From Patescibacteria group bacterium (GTDB lineage Bacteria > Patescibacteriota > Patescibacteriia > UBA9934 > GWF2-40-263), in contig SCUM01000001.1 in the NCBI GenBank assembly GCA_004297215.1, positions 545,181 to 609,180 on the forward strand: a stretch of 64,000 nt of DNA, written 5' to 3'. The notes below the pieces were generated by a model. It saw nothing but the letters and a program-made list of their open reading frames with translations. It did not search any database and had not been told where the DNA came from. Made by a program: the position numbers and the translations under genes. Positions 9,760-17,846 of the stretch are shown in pieces (position 1 is the first letter of the stretch; each line of letters begins with the position of its first letter).

Positions 9760-10140
9760 ATGGAAAAGAAGCCATATAGGCCGTTTCTGGTCTCATGCGG
9801 ATTACGGGGAGGATACGACCTGTCCGCCCCAACACGCGCCATCACGGACGCGCGCGCCATCATCCAAACGTGGCTGGAAACCAGGATGAAAGGCGGGAAG
9901 AAGGTCGCGGTCGGCACCCTGTTTGAGGGCCAGTTTGTCTATCCTTGGATCGAAGGGACGGACGTCTCATCGAGATACGAACCCGCGTTCCACTATAAGG
10001 GAATGATCCGGGAAGACGCTTCGGACGAGGAAGCGTTGGAGATGCTCGCCGACCTGGCGCATGAGCTTGCACGAACGCTCCACCAAAAGCGGGTGCACGT
10101 CGAATTCTGTTCGGCCTATTACCTCGTCGAAAACGCATAG
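9760..10140 (+). CDS. Hypothetical protein (126 aa)
   Basis: The ORF sits in a divergent promoter region and is followed by a hairpin. It has no recognisable motif, so it is a weakly supported CDS. Confidence 0.35.
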   Translation: MEKKPYRPFLVSCGLRGGYDLSAPTRAITDARAIIQTWLETRMKGGKKVAVGTLFEGQFVYPWIEGTDVSSRYEPAFHYKGMIREDASDEEALEMLADLAHELARTLHQKRVHVEFCSAYYLVENA

Positions 10141-10188
10141 AAAGGCGGGGTCGCGCGCCGATTCGGCGGAAATGCTTGCAGAAGAAAA

Positions 10189-10217
10189 GGCCCGGGAAGC
10201 GTCATGCTTCCCGGGCC
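10189..10217 (-). terminator. Rho-independent terminator downstream of aspS
   Basis: ggcccgggaagc-gtcat-gcttcccgggcc hairpin. On the minus strand it is followed by TTTTCTTCT. Confidence 0.5.
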
Positions 10218-10239
10218 GCGTCGGTCAATCGCCGCCGCG

Positions 10240-11544
10240 TCACGGGGCGAGCCGGTTCGGACCGCGATAGAGATAGGTCACCTCGCGGACGTTCTTGATG
10301 CCGAGGAGCACCATCAGCATGCGCGTGAGGCCGAACCCGTATCCTCCGTGCGGCGGGCAGCCGTAGCGGAAGCAGTCGAGGTAGTGCTTGATCGGGTCGA
10401 GACCCAACCCCTTTTCCTGGGCCTGTTTCACGAGCTGGTCGTACCGATGCTCACGCTGGGCCCCCGACGTGACCTCCAACCCCTTCCAGAGGAGGTCGAA
10501 GCTCTTCGTGAGGGAAGAATCGTGCTCGTGCCGCATGTGGTAGAACGGGCGGACGCGGATGGGGTAATCCGTCACGAACGCGAATTCGTGGCCGGTCTTC
10601 TCCATGACATGGGCGCACACCTGGCGCTCCCCTTCGGGATCCAGGTCGCCTTCGCATTCCGGCGGGATCACGTGGCCCCGGCTCGCGAGGACCTCGTACG
10701 CCTCGGTCATCGTGATGCGTGGGAACGGCACGGTCGGGACCGTCACCTCCACGCCGAAATGCTCCTTGATTGCCGTGCCATGCTTGTCCTTGATGACCTG
10801 GAGCACATGCTGCAGCCACCGCTCCTCCATCTGCATGACGTCGTCGTGGGAATCGATCCACGAGAGCTCGACGTCGACGCTGGTGAATTCCGTGTCATGA
10901 CGGGAGGTGAACGACGGGTTGGCACGGAACACGGGTCCAATCTCGAACACGCGCCCGAAGCCCGCGGCCATCGCCATCTGCTTGTAGAACTGCGGCGACT
11001 GGGCGAGGTAGGCAAGGCCGCCGAAGTACTCGACCTTGAACAACTCCGCGCCGGACTCGCTCGCGCTCCCCATGAACTTCGGGGAGTGGATCTCGATGAA
11101 ACCCTGATCGAGCCAGAACTGCCGCATCGCGTGCTCCGCCGTCGTCTGCACCCGGAAGATCAGGTGGTTCGCGGGCCGGCGGAGATCGAGGAACCGCCAG
11201 TCGAGCCGGAGGTCGAGCGAGGACTCCTCCGTGACCGGAAGCACGGCGGGGGCGGCATTGAGGACGTTGAGGTCCTCCAACACGATTTCCAACTGCCCCA
11301 GCTTGATCTTCTCGTTCTTGACCACGCGCCCTCGCAGATCGACCGCGGATTCCGGCGTGAGGCTGGAGACGAGGGCGTTGAGGGGGCTGTCGGTCTTCTC
11401 GCATGCGATCTGGACGATGCCAGAATGGTCACGGACGATTACGAACTGCATCCGCTTCTGATCGCGGATCGTCTGGACCCATCCCTTCACGCGGACCGTC
11501 TGACCATCGGCTTTGGGGAGGTCCCCGACGAGTGTTCTTTCCAT
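10240..11544 (-). CDS. aspS: Aspartate--tRNA ligase, archaeal/type-2 (~435 aa, class IIb)
   Basis: QSPQFYKQMAMAAGFGRVFEIGPVFRANPSFTSRHDTEFTSVDVE matches the type-2 AspRS QSPQLYKQ...FRAE...TRH motifs. It has an N-terminal OB fold and C-terminal GYGFGLTRMLM. The start was set at MERTLVGD (11544) within ORF 10240..11661. Confidence 0.75.
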   Translation of the reverse strand: MERTLVGDLPKADGQTVRVKGWVQTIRDQKRMQFVIVRDHSGIVQIACEKTDSPLNALVSSLTPESAVDLRGRVVKNEKIKLGQLEIVLEDLNVLNAAPAVLPVTEESSLDLRLDWRFLDLRRPANHLIFRVQTTAEHAMRQFWLDQGFIEIHSPKFMGSASESGAELFKVEYFGGLAYLAQSPQFYKQMAMAAGFGRVFEIGPVFRANPSFTSRHDTEFTSVDVELSWIDSHDDVMQMEERWLQHVLQVIKDKHGTAIKEHFGVEVTVPTVPFPRITMTEAYEVLASRGHVIPPECEGDLDPEGERQVCAHVMEKTGHEFAFVTDYPIRVRPFYHMRHEHDSSLTKSFDLLWKGLEVTSGAQREHRYDQLVKQAQEKGLGLDPIKHYLDCFRYGCPPHGGYGFGLTRMLMVLLGIKNVREVTYLYRGPNRLAP

Positions 11545-11605
11545 GGCTTCTCTCCGTCTCTGTCTGTTGGGGTGATGTGATGCCTGTGCCGACGGCAGAG
11601 GCTGT

Positions 11606-12913
11606 TTAAGGAGCGATCTTGCGGCGGAAGATGCGCGGGAACGGGATCGTGTCGCGCACATGGGGGATGTTCAGGAGCCAACGGATGAACCGCTCGACCC
11701 CCATGCCGAATCCCCCGTGCGGGACGCAGCCGAACTCGCGCATCTGCCGGAGCCATTCGTACCGCGGATCACCGAACTTCCCCTTTTCCTTCATCCGATC
11801 ATCGAGCTCGGGCAGGGTAGAGATCTTTTCGGCGACGCCGAGCAGCTCCCCGTAGCCGTTCGTCGCGATGAGGTCCGCCGTCCTGGTGACGCGGGAATCA
11901 TCGACGTCGATGACATAGGGGAACGGCTCGATCTTGCGCGGAATGCCGGTAATCCAGAACGGGGAGGAGAATCCGCGCGACAAGATCTCCTCTTCATCCG
12001 ACCCCAGGCTGGCCCCGAACTCGAACGGGACGCCGAGGCTTGACAGCCGATTGACCGCCTCGACGTAGGTGATGCGCGGGAAGGGCACGCTCAGGCCATC
12101 GACGCAGAGCTCCGTCCCGAGCATGCGCGGGATATCCGAGTGATGCTCAAGACTGAACCGGACGACATGGCCGATCATGTCCTCGACGATGGCCATGAGG
12201 TCATCGACGCTGACCCACGCGAGCTCCGCCTTGATGTGCCAGTACTCCATGAGGTGGCGCTTGCTGCGCGTCTCTTCGGCGCGGAAGCTCGGCCCGATGT
12301 TGTAGACCTTCTCGAAGGCGTGGACCGCGCTTTCGAGGTAGAAGCCGACGCATTGGGTGAGGAACACGTTCTCGTCATGCACCGTTATGGGCATGGCCGT
12401 CCCGTCTTCATAGAGCGGGGCGGGGGTGAGGACCGGAGCCGTAATCTCGATATACCCTTTTTGGTTGAACCAGTCGCGCATCGCCATCATTGCGAGATGA
12501 CGGAACCGCAGGATGGCCATCACCTTGTCGTTCCTCAGGTACAGATGCCTGTTCTTGAGCAGATGGTCGGCCATCTTCACGTCGAAAATGTCGAAGGGGC
12601 TGCGCGGATGCGGGCTGATCTCGGCCGCACTCCCGATGACCTGCATCTGCTCGACACGGATCTCCGGGGCGTTCGAACCGCTCTCCAGGATCCCAATGAC
12701 CTTCACGGACGACTCGACGGGGACGTTCTTGGCGATGACATAGGCTGCGTTCTCCACCTTCACGACCGCTTGGATCATGCCGGTCGAGTCGCAGATATCG
12801 AGAAAGACGATGTCTTTCCCGTTTCTCCTTGACTTCACCCAGCCAGACAGATCGACCGCGGAACGTTCCGACCCGCTGCCACGCAGGAGATCTTTGACAT
12901 AGACCATCTTCAT
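11606..12913 (-). CDS. asnS: Asparagine--tRNA ligase (class IIb)
   Basis: IGPSFRAEETRSKRHLMEYWHIKAE matches the AsnRS signature [24 protein letters not shown]; the C-terminus reads GGFGMGVERF. The start was set at MKMVYVKD (12913), preceded by AAGGAAAT, within ORF 11606..13327. Confidence 0.8.
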   Translation of the reverse strand: MKMVYVKDLLRGSGSERSAVDLSGWVKSRRNGKDIVFLDICDSTGMIQAVVKVENAAYVIAKNVPVESSVKVIGILESGSNAPEIRVEQMQVIGSAAEISPHPRSPFDIFDVKMADHLLKNRHLYLRNDKVMAILRFRHLAMMAMRDWFNQKGYIEITAPVLTPAPLYEDGTAMPITVHDENVFLTQCVGFYLESAVHAFEKVYNIGPSFRAEETRSKRHLMEYWHIKAELAWVSVDDLMAIVEDMIGHVVRFSLEHHSDIPRMLGTELCVDGLSVPFPRITYVEAVNRLSSLGVPFEFGASLGSDEEEILSRGFSSPFWITGIPRKIEPFPYVIDVDDSRVTRTADLIATNGYGELLGVAEKISTLPELDDRMKEKGKFGDPRYEWLRQMREFGCVPHGGFGMGVERFIRWLLNIPHVRDTIPFPRIFRRKIAP

Positions 12914-13107
12914 GGCTATTTCCTTTGGCATCGATTGTGAACGTGCGTTCTTACGCGCGTAGCCGTCCCAAAGCCACCGGCCGTGGGACCGGACTTTTTC
13001 CCATATCTCTACCCTTCCGTCAAGAGCCTTGACGCTTCCCCTTCGGCCCGATAAGGTGCTCCATTCCCGTGCTTGTCTGTCGTAATGAACCGCAGCCCGA
13101 AACAAGC

Positions 13108-14238
13108 ATGGCACTCGTGCACCACGAACAAGTTCTCGAAGCCCTGAAGCGGTCCGATCGGCCGCTTCTTGTGGTCGGGGCCGGGAGCGGACCTGACGGG
13201 TATGCGTCCGCGGTCGGGCTTTCGCTCGTGCTCGCGAAGCTCGGGAAGTCGCCCGAGATCGTGGCCAACGACGGGGCGACGCCAAAGACCCTCGCCTTCC
13301 TGGGCGCGCAAGACGTGAAGACGTCACTTGAGAAGCTGCGCCGGTTCCGCATCACGCTCGATACGAGCAAGGTGGCGATCGACGAGATCGCACAGACGCG
13401 CACGGCGGACGCGCTCGTCATCGAGGTCTCTCCCAAGGCTGGGTTTTGGGAGCCGCATGACGTCGCGACCGCGGCCGACGGCTACCGGTTCGACCTCATC
13501 GTGACCCTGGGTGCCTCCGACCTCGAGGCATGCGGGGGCCCGTACCGCGACAACCCGGATTTCTTCTATGCGGTGCCGGTGGTGAACCTGGACCACGCCC
13601 CGGGCAACGAGCATTACGGGGCCGTGAACCACGTGGACCTCGCCGCCTGCTCCGTGGGCGAGTCGCTCGCCGCGCTCGTGACGCAGATGGATCCCGACCT
13701 CATGGACGCGGACGTGGCCACAGCGTTCCTCACGGGAATGATCGCGAAGACGAAGAGTTTCAAGGCCCCCGGCCTCACCCCGAAGACGCTCGAGGCGGCC
13801 GCGAAGCTCGTGGCGCTTGGCGCCCGTCGCGACGACATCGTGGGCAGCCTCTACCGCACCCGCTCCGTGGCCACCCTGCGGCTGTGGGGGCGCGCGCTCG
13901 CCCGCCTCAAGCTCGAAAAGGAGGCCAAGCTCGCCTGGACGCTCATCGGCCGCCAGGACTTCTTGCATGCGGGCGCGGACGAGGCCGACCTCCCCGACGT
14001 CATCGAGGAACTGATCGCCTCCTGCCCCGACGCGCATGTGGCGGCGATCCTCTATGAGAGCCGCGACGGCTCCGTCCGCGCCGTCATCCGCGCCGAGCGG
14101 CCGCACGACGCCCAGGAGCTCGCCTGCGTCTTCGCCCCCACGGGCTCGCGCGAAGAGGCCCGCGCGCGCTTCACGGACAAGACGATTTCCGAAGCCGAAC
14201 GCATCCTCGTGGGCGCTCTCATGATGAAGCTGACATGA
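13108..14238 (+). CDS. DHH/DHHA1-family phosphoesterase (NrnA-like), with degenerate catalytic motifs
   Basis: N-terminal LLVVGAGSGPDGYASAVGL resembles NrnA motif I (HxxPDxDAxGS), and NLDHAPGN replaces the DHH motif. There is a C-terminal DHHA1-like region. The start was set at MALVHHEQ (13108). Confidence 0.55.
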   Translation: MALVHHEQVLEALKRSDRPLLVVGAGSGPDGYASAVGLSLVLAKLGKSPEIVANDGATPKTLAFLGAQDVKTSLEKLRRFRITLDTSKVAIDEIAQTRTADALVIEVSPKAGFWEPHDVATAADGYRFDLIVTLGASDLEACGGPYRDNPDFFYAVPVVNLDHAPGNEHYGAVNHVDLAACSVGESLAALVTQMDPDLMDADVATAFLTGMIAKTKSFKAPGLTPKTLEAAAKLVALGARRDDIVGSLYRTRSVATLRLWGRALARLKLEKEAKLAWTLIGRQDFLHAGADEADLPDVIEELIASCPDAHVAAILYESRDGSVRAVIRAERPHDAQELACVFAPTGSREEARARFTDKTISEAERILVGALMMKLT

Positions 14239-14268
14239 AAAACCGACCCCTCGCGGGGTCGGTTTTCC
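14237..14268. terminator. Bidirectional terminator between the DHH gene (+) and the Gly-rich protein gene (-)
   Basis: gaaaaa-accgacccc-tcgc-ggggtcggt-tttcc: a hairpin with an A-run 5' and a T-run 3'. Confidence 0.55.
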
Positions 14269-14274
14269 ATTCCG

Positions 14275-17200
14275 CTAGTACGTCGCGGTCGCGATGAAGG
14301 TGAGCGCGTCGCCGTAGTCGGCGTGGGCCGCGGTCACGGGGGTGGCGTTCACGTTGACGGAAACACGGGCGCGTCCTGCGTCGATGGGATCCGAGGTGGT
14401 GGAGAGGATGGAGGCGTTCGTCGTGGTGAGGTTTTTCACGTCGTTGGTTGCCCCGTTCGCGGCGCAGGTGCCGGCGGTATAGTCTCCCGCCTTTGCGAAC
14501 GGGCCGCCGGCGGTCTGCGTGACGGAGATGACGCACAAGCCGTAGTTGGCGGTGGAGGAACTCATGGCCGCGGCGGAGTTGGGGATGGTGTCGGCCGGGG
14601 CCGAGGCGGAGACGAGGCCGCTGGAGCCGTTGACGTTCCTCACCGTGACCACAGCGCCCCCGGTGGCGTTGGTCGAGAGGTCGATCCAGACGCTCTTGTG
14701 CGTGGTGCCGGAGGAAGCGACCGTGCCCGGCATAATCTCGCCGAAGTCGAGGGAGTACGGGCCGGACGTCTCGGCGTCCCCCACGGACAGGTCGAGGTCG
14801 AAGGTGAGGGTGGGGTCCACCATGCCCGAGACGGTCACCTGGTCCTCGTCCACCACGGTGAAGGAACCGGAGCCGGAGTCGTTGCTCCAGGTGACGACAT
14901 ACGTGCCCGGGGTGGAATGGAGGGTGACCTTGGCGCCGGACAGGGTGATGGTGCCCACGCAGGCGGTCTTGGTCCCCGTGAGCGTGGTGGCGGTGTACCC
15001 GAAGCTCCCCACCGTCCCCCCGCCCGAGCAGGTGCCGGAGGTGAACGCCTGGGTCACGGTGAAGCCCGCGGGGAACGTGACCGTGAGCGGGGCCGTGTCA
15101 GGCCCGGTGAGCGCGAACTGGAGGGCGAAGTCCACGCCCGTGGACCCGGCCTTCAACCGGGAGAAGGTCATGGTGCCGGAGGTGGTGAAGGAGCCCACGG
15201 TGAAGGAAGAGTCGGAGTTGGTGGTGGCGCTCGCCGTGTCCCTCGCCGCGGCGCGGATGGTGTGAGAGCCGTCGGACAGGCCCGGGCCGATCGTGATGGA
15301 ACAGGAAGCGGGAGACTCGGCCGGGGAGAAGGTGCAGGTCTTGATGACGTTCGTCGGGTCTGTGGTGCCGTCGAGATACAGCTGGATGCGGTTCACCCCG
15401 TTGTCGTCGGTCGCTGTGGCGGAAATGGTGGTCTGCTGGTTGACCGTGGGCGTGGAGGGGGCGGCGTTGACCGCCGTCGAGAAGGCGGGCGGGTCGTCGG
15501 TGAGGGTGAGGGAAAGAGTGCCGGCGCTCCCGTCCGCGGCCGAATCAGGGCCGGAGCCGCCTGCCGCGAGGACAGACGCTCCGGAGCCGCCGATGGTGTC
15601 CGCTCCGGCGTCGAAACTGCAGCCAGCAGATGCGCTCGCATAGGCGATGGCGATGCGGCCTCCGCCGCCGCCGCCGCCGTCGGTGAAGGTCCCGTTTCCG
15701 CCAGCCCCTCCGGTCGTTTGGAACGTTGGCGCCGACGTGCAGCTGAAAGACCCGGCCGTCACGTACACGGATCCGCCGGAGCCGCCGCCGGCGGAGTATT
15801 CTCCCCCGCTCGTGCCGCCGGCAGAGCCGTTCGCGCTGACGGAACCGTTGTGCGTGAAGGTGCCGGAAACGTCGAGGCGCACCTTGCCGCCGCCCGCGCC
15901 GCCCGAGTACGGGCTCGCCCCGCCGCCGGAAGAACCAAAGAGGCTGGGAGCCGTGGCCGAACCGTATGTCACGCCGCCCGTGCCGCCGCCGGAGCCGTTG
16001 CCTCCCGCGCCGCCATGGCCGGCGCCGTCACCGGCATCCCAAGCGCCGCCGGTGAAGCCGTATCCGGACGTGGAGACCGCGCAGACGTTGCTGCCGTCGG
16101 GACCGTACCCGTGCCCGGTGGAACTTCGGCAGCCCTTCCCCGCGGCGCTGATCGAGGACCCGGAATCGATCGTGAGCGAGGTGAGCGTGGTCCAGGTGAC
16201 GTTGGCGTTCACCGCGGAGGACCCGGTGAGCGTGATGTCGATGGCGTCGTCGATGATCAGCTCGCCCTCGAGGGCCCCGTTCACGGTGAGGCCGGACCAG
16301 GACTGGTCGTCCCCGTCGGGGATGTTGAGGTTGATGTCGGTGTCGGTGCCGGTGTTGGTGAGCGTGACCCCGGAGCCTACGGTGAAAAACCCGGACGCTC
16401 CCAGGGTCATGGCTCCGGCAGAGGCGATGGTCGCGCCGGTGTTGATCGACGCCGAAGCGGCCGAGGTCACGCTGAACGCCCCGCCGGAAGAGAAGGTCGA
16501 GCCCGTGAGGAAGGCGACGGAAACGGGGGCGGAAAGCGTGAACGAGGCGATGGTCTGCCCGCAGGTGAACGTGCCGTCGAAATTCAAGGTCGTCCCGGCC
16601 GTGATGGAGGGGGTGGCGCCGCTCGAAATCCCGTTCTGGCAGTACTGGTTGTCCGCGTTCGCGTCGAACGTCCAGCTGTTCACGTCGTAATCCGTATCCG
16701 TGTACGTGAACCCGTGGAAGACCTTCACGTCGTCGTCGGTGGTGGGGCCGGTCCCCTGGGTGTCGACCAGGTATACGGTCCCGGTGTCGCCGGCCGTGGC
16801 GGCGCCTGGACCGGGGCCGCCGCTGGCAGAAAAATCACTTGAGTCAAATGAGAACGAACCCGACTGGTATTCGATGGCGATACGGCCGCCGCCTCCGCCG
16901 CCCGCGTCATACGTCTGGTCATATCCGGCGCCTCCATCGGCGCTGAACGTCCCGGTCGTCCCCTCGATAGCGGCGGTCGTCACGTAGATGGATCCACCGG
17001 AACCGCCTCCGGAACCGCCGATACCGGCATGGATGTAACCCGAGCCGCCGTTCGCCGTAATGGAACCGTTATGGGTGAACGTCCCGGAGACGGACAGGCG
17101 GACCGCCCCGCCTCCCGTACCGCCGACCGTCGTGCTGTCGACCGTCCCGCCCGATGAGCCGAACAGGACGGCGGCCGTGGCCGAGTCGTAGGTGGCACCG

Positions 17201-17748
17201 CCGGGACTTCCCGTGTGGCCGTTGCCACCAGCGCCGCCGTGGCCGCCGCCGCCCGATTCTACGCCGCCTGGGCTGTTCGCCCCGGATCCGACGGCGCCGG
17301 CCGTACACACGTTGGAGCCGTTGGGCCCGTACCCGCTGGAGGTGGTCCCTCCGCACCCTTGCACGCTCGCGCTCACCGTGGCCGTGTTCTCGATCTCAAG
17401 GTCGGAGAAATGGATCTCGGCGATGGCGCCAGTGCCGATATTGGAGCCAAGGGTGACCGTGGCGCCGGCCTTGATCTCGACGAGCGACGCGGTGCAGTCG
17501 TAATAGTCGCCCACGCTCCCTCCCCCGTCGTCCACGTCGTCAATCGACACCGAGCCGGTGACCTGGACGCCGGAAGTCCCGCCGTCGGAATCCGAGAACG
17601 GGCAGGAGAGGGCGGCGGCGCGGACCACGGCCGTGTCCTTGAGGAAGGAGAACCAGGTCGCGCTCGCGGCAGCGAACGCCAAAAGCGCCGTGACGACGAG
17701 CATGCTCGCGGTGCGCTTGAGGCGGTGGGGTTGGCGGAGGGAGAACAT
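14275..17748 (-). CDS. Giant secreted glycine-rich repeat surface protein (~1157 aa) with a signal peptide, two tandem ~280-aa Gly-rich repeats and C-terminal Ig/DUF11-like regions
   Basis: N-terminal MFSLRQPHRLKRTASMLVVTALLAFAAASA (signal peptide). Two copies of ...C..GYGP(N/D)GSNVC...GHGGAGGNG...LFGSSGG...VRL(S/D)VSGTFTHNGS..ANG..GG...GGGGGGRIAI(E/A)Y are present. There are many Thr/Ser-rich stretches and no internal stops. Confidence 0.6.
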   Translation of the reverse strand: MFSLRQPHRLKRTASMLVVTALLAFAAASATWFSFLKDTAVVRAAALSCPFSDSDGGTSGVQVTGSVSIDDVDDGGGSVGDYYDCTASLVEIKAGATVTLGSNIGTGAIAEIHFSDLEIENTATVSASVQGCGGTTSSGYGPNGSNVCTAGAVGSGANSPGGVESGGGGHGGAGGNGHTGSPGGATYDSATAAVLFGSSGGTVDSTTVGGTGGGAVRLSVSGTFTHNGSITANGGSGYIHAGIGGSGGGSGGSIYVTTAAIEGTTGTFSADGGAGYDQTYDAGGGGGGRIAIEYQSGSFSFDSSDFSASGGPGPGAATAGDTGTVYLVDTQGTGPTTDDDVKVFHGFTYTDTDYDVNSWTFDANADNQYCQNGISSGATPSITAGTTLNFDGTFTCGQTIASFTLSAPVSVAFLTGSTFSSGGAFSVTSAASASINTGATIASAGAMTLGASGFFTVGSGVTLTNTGTDTDINLNIPDGDDQSWSGLTVNGALEGELIIDDAIDITLTGSSAVNANVTWTTLTSLTIDSGSSISAAGKGCRSSTGHGYGPDGSNVCAVSTSGYGFTGGAWDAGDGAGHGGAGGNGSGGGTGGVTYGSATAPSLFGSSGGGASPYSGGAGGGKVRLDVSGTFTHNGSVSANGSAGGTSGGEYSAGGGSGGSVYVTAGSFSCTSAPTFQTTGGAGGNGTFTDGGGGGGGRIAIAYASASAGCSFDAGADTIGGSGASVLAAGGSGPDSAADGSAGTLSLTLTDDPPAFSTAVNAAPSTPTVNQQTTISATATDDNGVNRIQLYLDGTTDPTNVIKTCTFSPAESPASCSITIGPGLSDGSHTIRAAARDTASATTNSDSSFTVGSFTTSGTMTFSRLKAGSTGVDFALQFALTGPDTAPLTVTFPAGFTVTQAFTSGTCSGGGTVGSFGYTATTLTGTKTACVGTITLSGAKVTLHSTPGTYVVTWSNDSGSGSFTVVDEDQVTVSGMVDPTLTFDLDLSVGDAETSGPYSLDFGEIMPGTVASSGTTHKSVWIDLSTNATGGAVVTVRNVNGSSGLVSASAPADTIPNSAAAMSSSTANYGLCVISVTQTAGGPFAKAGDYTAGTCAANGATNDVKNLTTTNASILSTTSDPIDAGRARVSVNVNATPVTAAHADYGDALTFIATATY

Positions 17749-17846
17749 CTGCGGATAGTATACTTCATCCCCCCCTGTACCCTGCATCGCGCTTGTGGAA
17801 AAGAAAAACCGCCCTTCGACGCTCATGGGGCGGTTTTTCGTTTCAC

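Noticed and set aside
10204-11580. 458-aa plus-strand ORF overlapping aspS
   Set aside because: Antisense to the class II synthetase with clear signature motifs; the translation is low complexity.
14323-17503. Plus-strand ORFs (839, 347, 288 aa) inside the Gly-rich protein gene
   Set aside because: They are mirror images of the Gly codon-rich minus-strand gene (GGN/NCC), with poly-Pro/Arg translations; no independent support.
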